From Nannocystis bainbridge (GTDB lineage Bacteria > Myxococcota_A > Polyangia > Nannocystales > Nannocystaceae), in assembly GCF_028368995.1 (NCBI RefSeq), contig NZ_JAQNDL010000003.1, positions 2,912,001-2,976,000 of the forward strand: a stretch of DNA of 64,000 bases, read 5' to 3'. Below, in pieces: positions 61,439 to 64,000 of the stretch (the first letter of the stretch is position 1; each line of letters starts with the position of its first letter). Under the pieces are notes generated by a model that searched no databases, had not been told where the DNA came from, and was given only the letters and a program-made list of their open reading frames with translations. The position numbers and the translations under genes were made by a program.

Positions 61439-61480
61439 TTATCCTCAGGACATGTTCTAAAAGGCATGTCCTGAAGGTCA
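61439..61480. repeat. Array of 3 tiled 14-bp palindromes
   Basis: TTATCCTCAGGACA, TGTTCTAAAAGGCA, TGTCCTGAAGGTCA. Confidence 0.75.
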
Positions 61481-61510
61481 GACGGCGCGTACCCTCACGC
61501 CTCCAGCAGT

Positions 61511-61698
61511 GCATCGATCGGCGCCGCGGCTCGGAGGGCAACTCCGGGCCTCGCAGCCGTTGGAGCGCATCGATCTTTGCCGGGCTCCTGGAGGGCAACT
61601 CCGGGCCCCGCAGCCGTTCAGTGTATCGATTGGCGCCGCGCTCCTGGAGGCCCACTCCAGGCCCCGCAGCCGTTCCGTGCATCCATCTGTGCCGCGCG
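61511..61698. repeat. 56-bp tandem repeat (3.3 units) with internal hairpin
   Basis: Units at 61511, 61567, 61623, 61679; GGAG-N5-CTCC stem-loop in each full unit. Confidence 0.85.
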
Positions 61699-61764
61699 AC
61701 TCCGGGCCGGTGCGCCGGGGCCCGCTCGCACGTTCGCGCCAGTGGCGCGCTTCTGTGCCGGACA

Positions 61765-61820
61765 TGGCCCCGAGAGCATGCCCTTCGAGACATGCCCTTC
61801 GGAACATGTTCGAACGAACA
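61765..61820. repeat. Array of 4 tiled 14-bp palindromes
   Basis: TGGCCCCGAGAGCA, TGCCCTTCGAGACA, TGCCCTTCGGAACA, TGTTCGAACGAACA. Confidence 0.85.
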
Positions 61821-61924
61821 CTCAAGTTTCGCTCACGGCTGCGCTCCGGCTCGCTCCGCCGCGCCTGCGTCGAGGTCATCCTTCGCCTCGACGCGCATCG
61901 AGTTTTTTCAAGAGCGGCTCGCTG

Positions 61925-62530
61925 TCAGGGCTGCGCCCCGGGCGACGCCGGGGCGGGTGGGACCCCGCCCATCAGCTGCTGCAGCTTGGCCGCGTTCGGG
62001 TCGTCCGCGGGCACCGCGTCGATGAACTTGCGGGCGTGGTGCTGGGCCTCGTCCTTCACCCCCGCTTCCCACGTCAGCACCGCCAGGTTGAAGCGGGCCG
62101 GGTTGTAGCTCGGATCGGCCTTGAGCGCCGCCAGGTAGCGGCTGCGGGCGTCGTTGTACTTGCCGCGCTTTTGGGCCACGAGGCCCAGGTTGTAAAGCAC
62201 CAGCGCATCGCCGGCGTCGCTGGCGAGCGGCTCCAGCAGGCGGGTCGCCTCGTCGAGATCGTCGCGGAGGATCGCCAGCTTGGCCGCGAGCAGCTTGGCG
62301 TCGCGGCCGGCACCGGCGGCGATCGCCTGCTCGGCGGCGAGCCGCGCCTCCTCGTGGCGCCCGGCGGCCTCGAGCTCGAGCGCCTCGAGGTACTTCTTCT
62401 CGGCCTCCGGCGACGCGGCCGGGGCCTCGGCGCTCGGGCGGTCAGGCGGGGCAGCCGGCGAAGAGCCGTCGCAGGCCACGGGTAGCGCGAGCAGGAGCGG
62501 GAGCAAGGCACGGCGCAGGCACGAAATCAT
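61925..62530 (-). CDS. TPR lipoprotein
   Basis: LPVAC lipobox; TPR motifs (VLYNLGLVAQKRGKY, ARFNLAV). Confidence 0.85.
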   Translation of the reverse strand: MISCLRRALLPLLLALPVACDGSSPAAPPDRPSAEAPAASPEAEKKYLEALELEAAGRHEEARLAAEQAIAAGAGRDAKLLAAKLAILRDDLDEATRLLEPLASDAGDALVLYNLGLVAQKRGKYNDARSRYLAALKADPSYNPARFNLAVLTWEAGVKDEAQHHARKFIDAVPADDPNAAKLQQLMGGVPPAPASPGAQP

Positions 62531-62876
62531 CAAGGACCTCGGTCGACCTCGCAGTCGTAGCATAGTTCCGCCGCCGACGTCCTCTGCGCGTCGCGGCGCC
62601 CCCTCCGCCGCGCCACCGTATCCCGCCGGTCCGCCGCGCGCCGCCGCTCTCACATGTCCCGAAGGACATACGCCTGCACGCGCGCATGTCTCTCGGGACA
62701 TCCGCGCCGCAGGCCCGTGCAGCGGCCGACGCACCCGCCTCGCGCGAACCTGGCGCTTGTGGTCTCGCTGCCAATCGTGATAGCTTGGGCTCCGATCGAC
62801 GTGGGTCGATCACCGCGTCCCTCGCTGTGGACGTCGCTCTTCGGAACTGGGGGTGATCATGCGCCGAACCGCGCCT

Positions 62877-63398
62877 ATGCGCCGGTATGGGGCTGTCTTG
62901 GGGCTATTGTCGATCGTTGGATTCGCGGGCGGGTGTGCCGACGACACCACCGCCGGCACCCTCTCCATTAGTGGTACCGACGGCACCGCCACGACTGGCG
63001 ACCCGCCGACGTCCACCGATTCGCCGACGTCTCCGGCCACCACCGACACCCCCACGACCACCGTTTCGACGACCACCACCGATTCGACGACCACCGAAGG
63101 CCCCACCACCACCGAGGGGCCCACGACCACCGATTCGGCGACCACGACCACCACCGACACGACGACGAGCACGACGACCACGACGACCACGACGACCACC
63201 GATACCGACACGACCACAGGCGATCCCGTCGTCGGCCGCTCCATCACCCAGACCGTCAACAGCGGCACCGTCGCCTCCAGCCCCAACTTCCGCATGGTCT
63301 TCACGCTGGGTCAGCCGACCCAGAACCAGGGCATCTACTCTTCCGCCAACTTTCGCCTCCAGGGCGGCCTCATCGGCGCCAACGGGAACCCGCCATGA
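62877..63398 (+). CDS. Thr-rich lipoprotein
   Basis: FAGGC lipobox, long Thr stalk, C-terminal SSPNFRMVFTLGQP...SSANFRLQGG; stop overlaps the next start. Confidence 0.8.
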   Translation: MRRYGAVLGLLSIVGFAGGCADDTTAGTLSISGTDGTATTGDPPTSTDSPTSPATTDTPTTTVSTTTTDSTTTEGPTTTEGPTTTDSATTTTTDTTTSTTTTTTTTTTDTDTTTGDPVVGRSITQTVNSGTVASSPNFRMVFTLGQPTQNQGIYSSANFRLQGGLIGANGNPP

Positions 63399-64000
63399 TC
63401 TCGACACGACGCAACCGGAAGAAGCAGTGGTGGCTCGGCGCGGCGCTCGCCTCCGCGTGGCTGCTCCCCCTCGACGCCAGCGCCCTCGCCGTCCCCGCCC
63501 TCGTCACTCACCAGGGTCGCCTCTTCGACGCCAATGGTGGCCCCGTCGACGGCACCCAGGACATCACCTTCGCCATCTACGACGCCGAGCTCGCCGGCAA
63601 CGAGATCTGGGCCGAGACCATCAGCGTCACCTTCGAAGAGGGCTTCTTCTCCGTCCGCCTCGGCGAGCAGCTCGTACTCGACGAGCTCGTCTTCGACGGC
63701 AGCACTCGCTGGCTCGGCATCACCGTCGGCGCCGACCCGGAGATGACCCCTCGCGCCGCCGTCGTCAGCGTCCCCTATGCCATGTTCGCCGGGGACGTCC
63801 GCGGCGAGATCAACCCCCTCAGTGTCAACATTCAGGGCTTCGGTCAGGTCATCAACGAGAACGGCCAATGGGTCGGCGATCCTTCAGGATTGATCGGTCC
63901 CGCCGGCCCGCCCGGACCTGCCGGTCCCGCTGGCGCCGAGGGTCCCGCCGGACCTGCGGGCGCTGAAGGCCCTGCCGGCCCCGCCGGTGCGGCCGGTCCT
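63395..64000 (+). CDS. Secreted fibre/collagen-like protein (partial, runs off the window end)
   Basis: Manual translation: signal peptide, THQGRLFDANGGP...FAIYD...GFFSVRLG...WLGITVGADPEMTPR...SVPYA, then Gly-X-Y repeats GPAGPPGPAGPAGAE. Confidence 0.88.
   Translation, partial: MISTRRNRKKQWWLGAALASAWLLPLDASALAVPALVTHQGRLFDANGGPVDGTQDITFAIYDAELAGNEIWAETISVTFEEGFFSVRLGEQLVLDELVFDGSTRWLGITVGADPEMTPRAAVVSVPYAMFAGDVRGEINPLSVNIQGFGQVINENGQWVGDPSGLIGPAGPPGPAGPAGAEGPAGPAGAEGPAGPAGAAGP

Overview
High-GC (roughly 70%+, by eye) chromosomal DNA from a myxobacterium, probably Nannocystis-like. The taxonomic guess rests on many Thr/Ser-rich, Cys-rich lipoproteins, a myxobacterial Cys-rich repeat protein and a squalene epoxidase. 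Recognisable genes: TetR-P450-esterase, an NAD-dependent Mo-formate dehydrogenase operon (NarM-like, fdhD, fdsGBAD), ChaN, an RqlH-type RecQ-PRTase, SDR/TetR, an orphan HlyD + C39-peptidase ABC + ABC exporter, squalene epoxidase next to a degenerate squalene-hopene-cyclase-like gene, RluA, UbiA/DsbA, an amidohydrolase pair, RidA, a low-GC PIN gene pair, pirin/OsmC/YceI, speA, ettA, a PL10-like lyase, RsmB and a collagen-containing fibre gene cut by the window end. The strongest unexplained signal is a 14-bp palindrome, TGTCC-N4-GGACA. I counted at least 19 perfect copies at about 30 loci, against about 0.05 expected by chance. It tiles head-to-tail at an exact 14-bp period at most convergent gene junctions and is also written into coding sequences. 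Other leads: a putative two-warhead toxin (S-HxxxE plus SGHY ADP-ribosyltransferase-like domains) and a cyclase lacking its catalytic DxDD motif. All calls are from motif recognition by eye; no searches were run.
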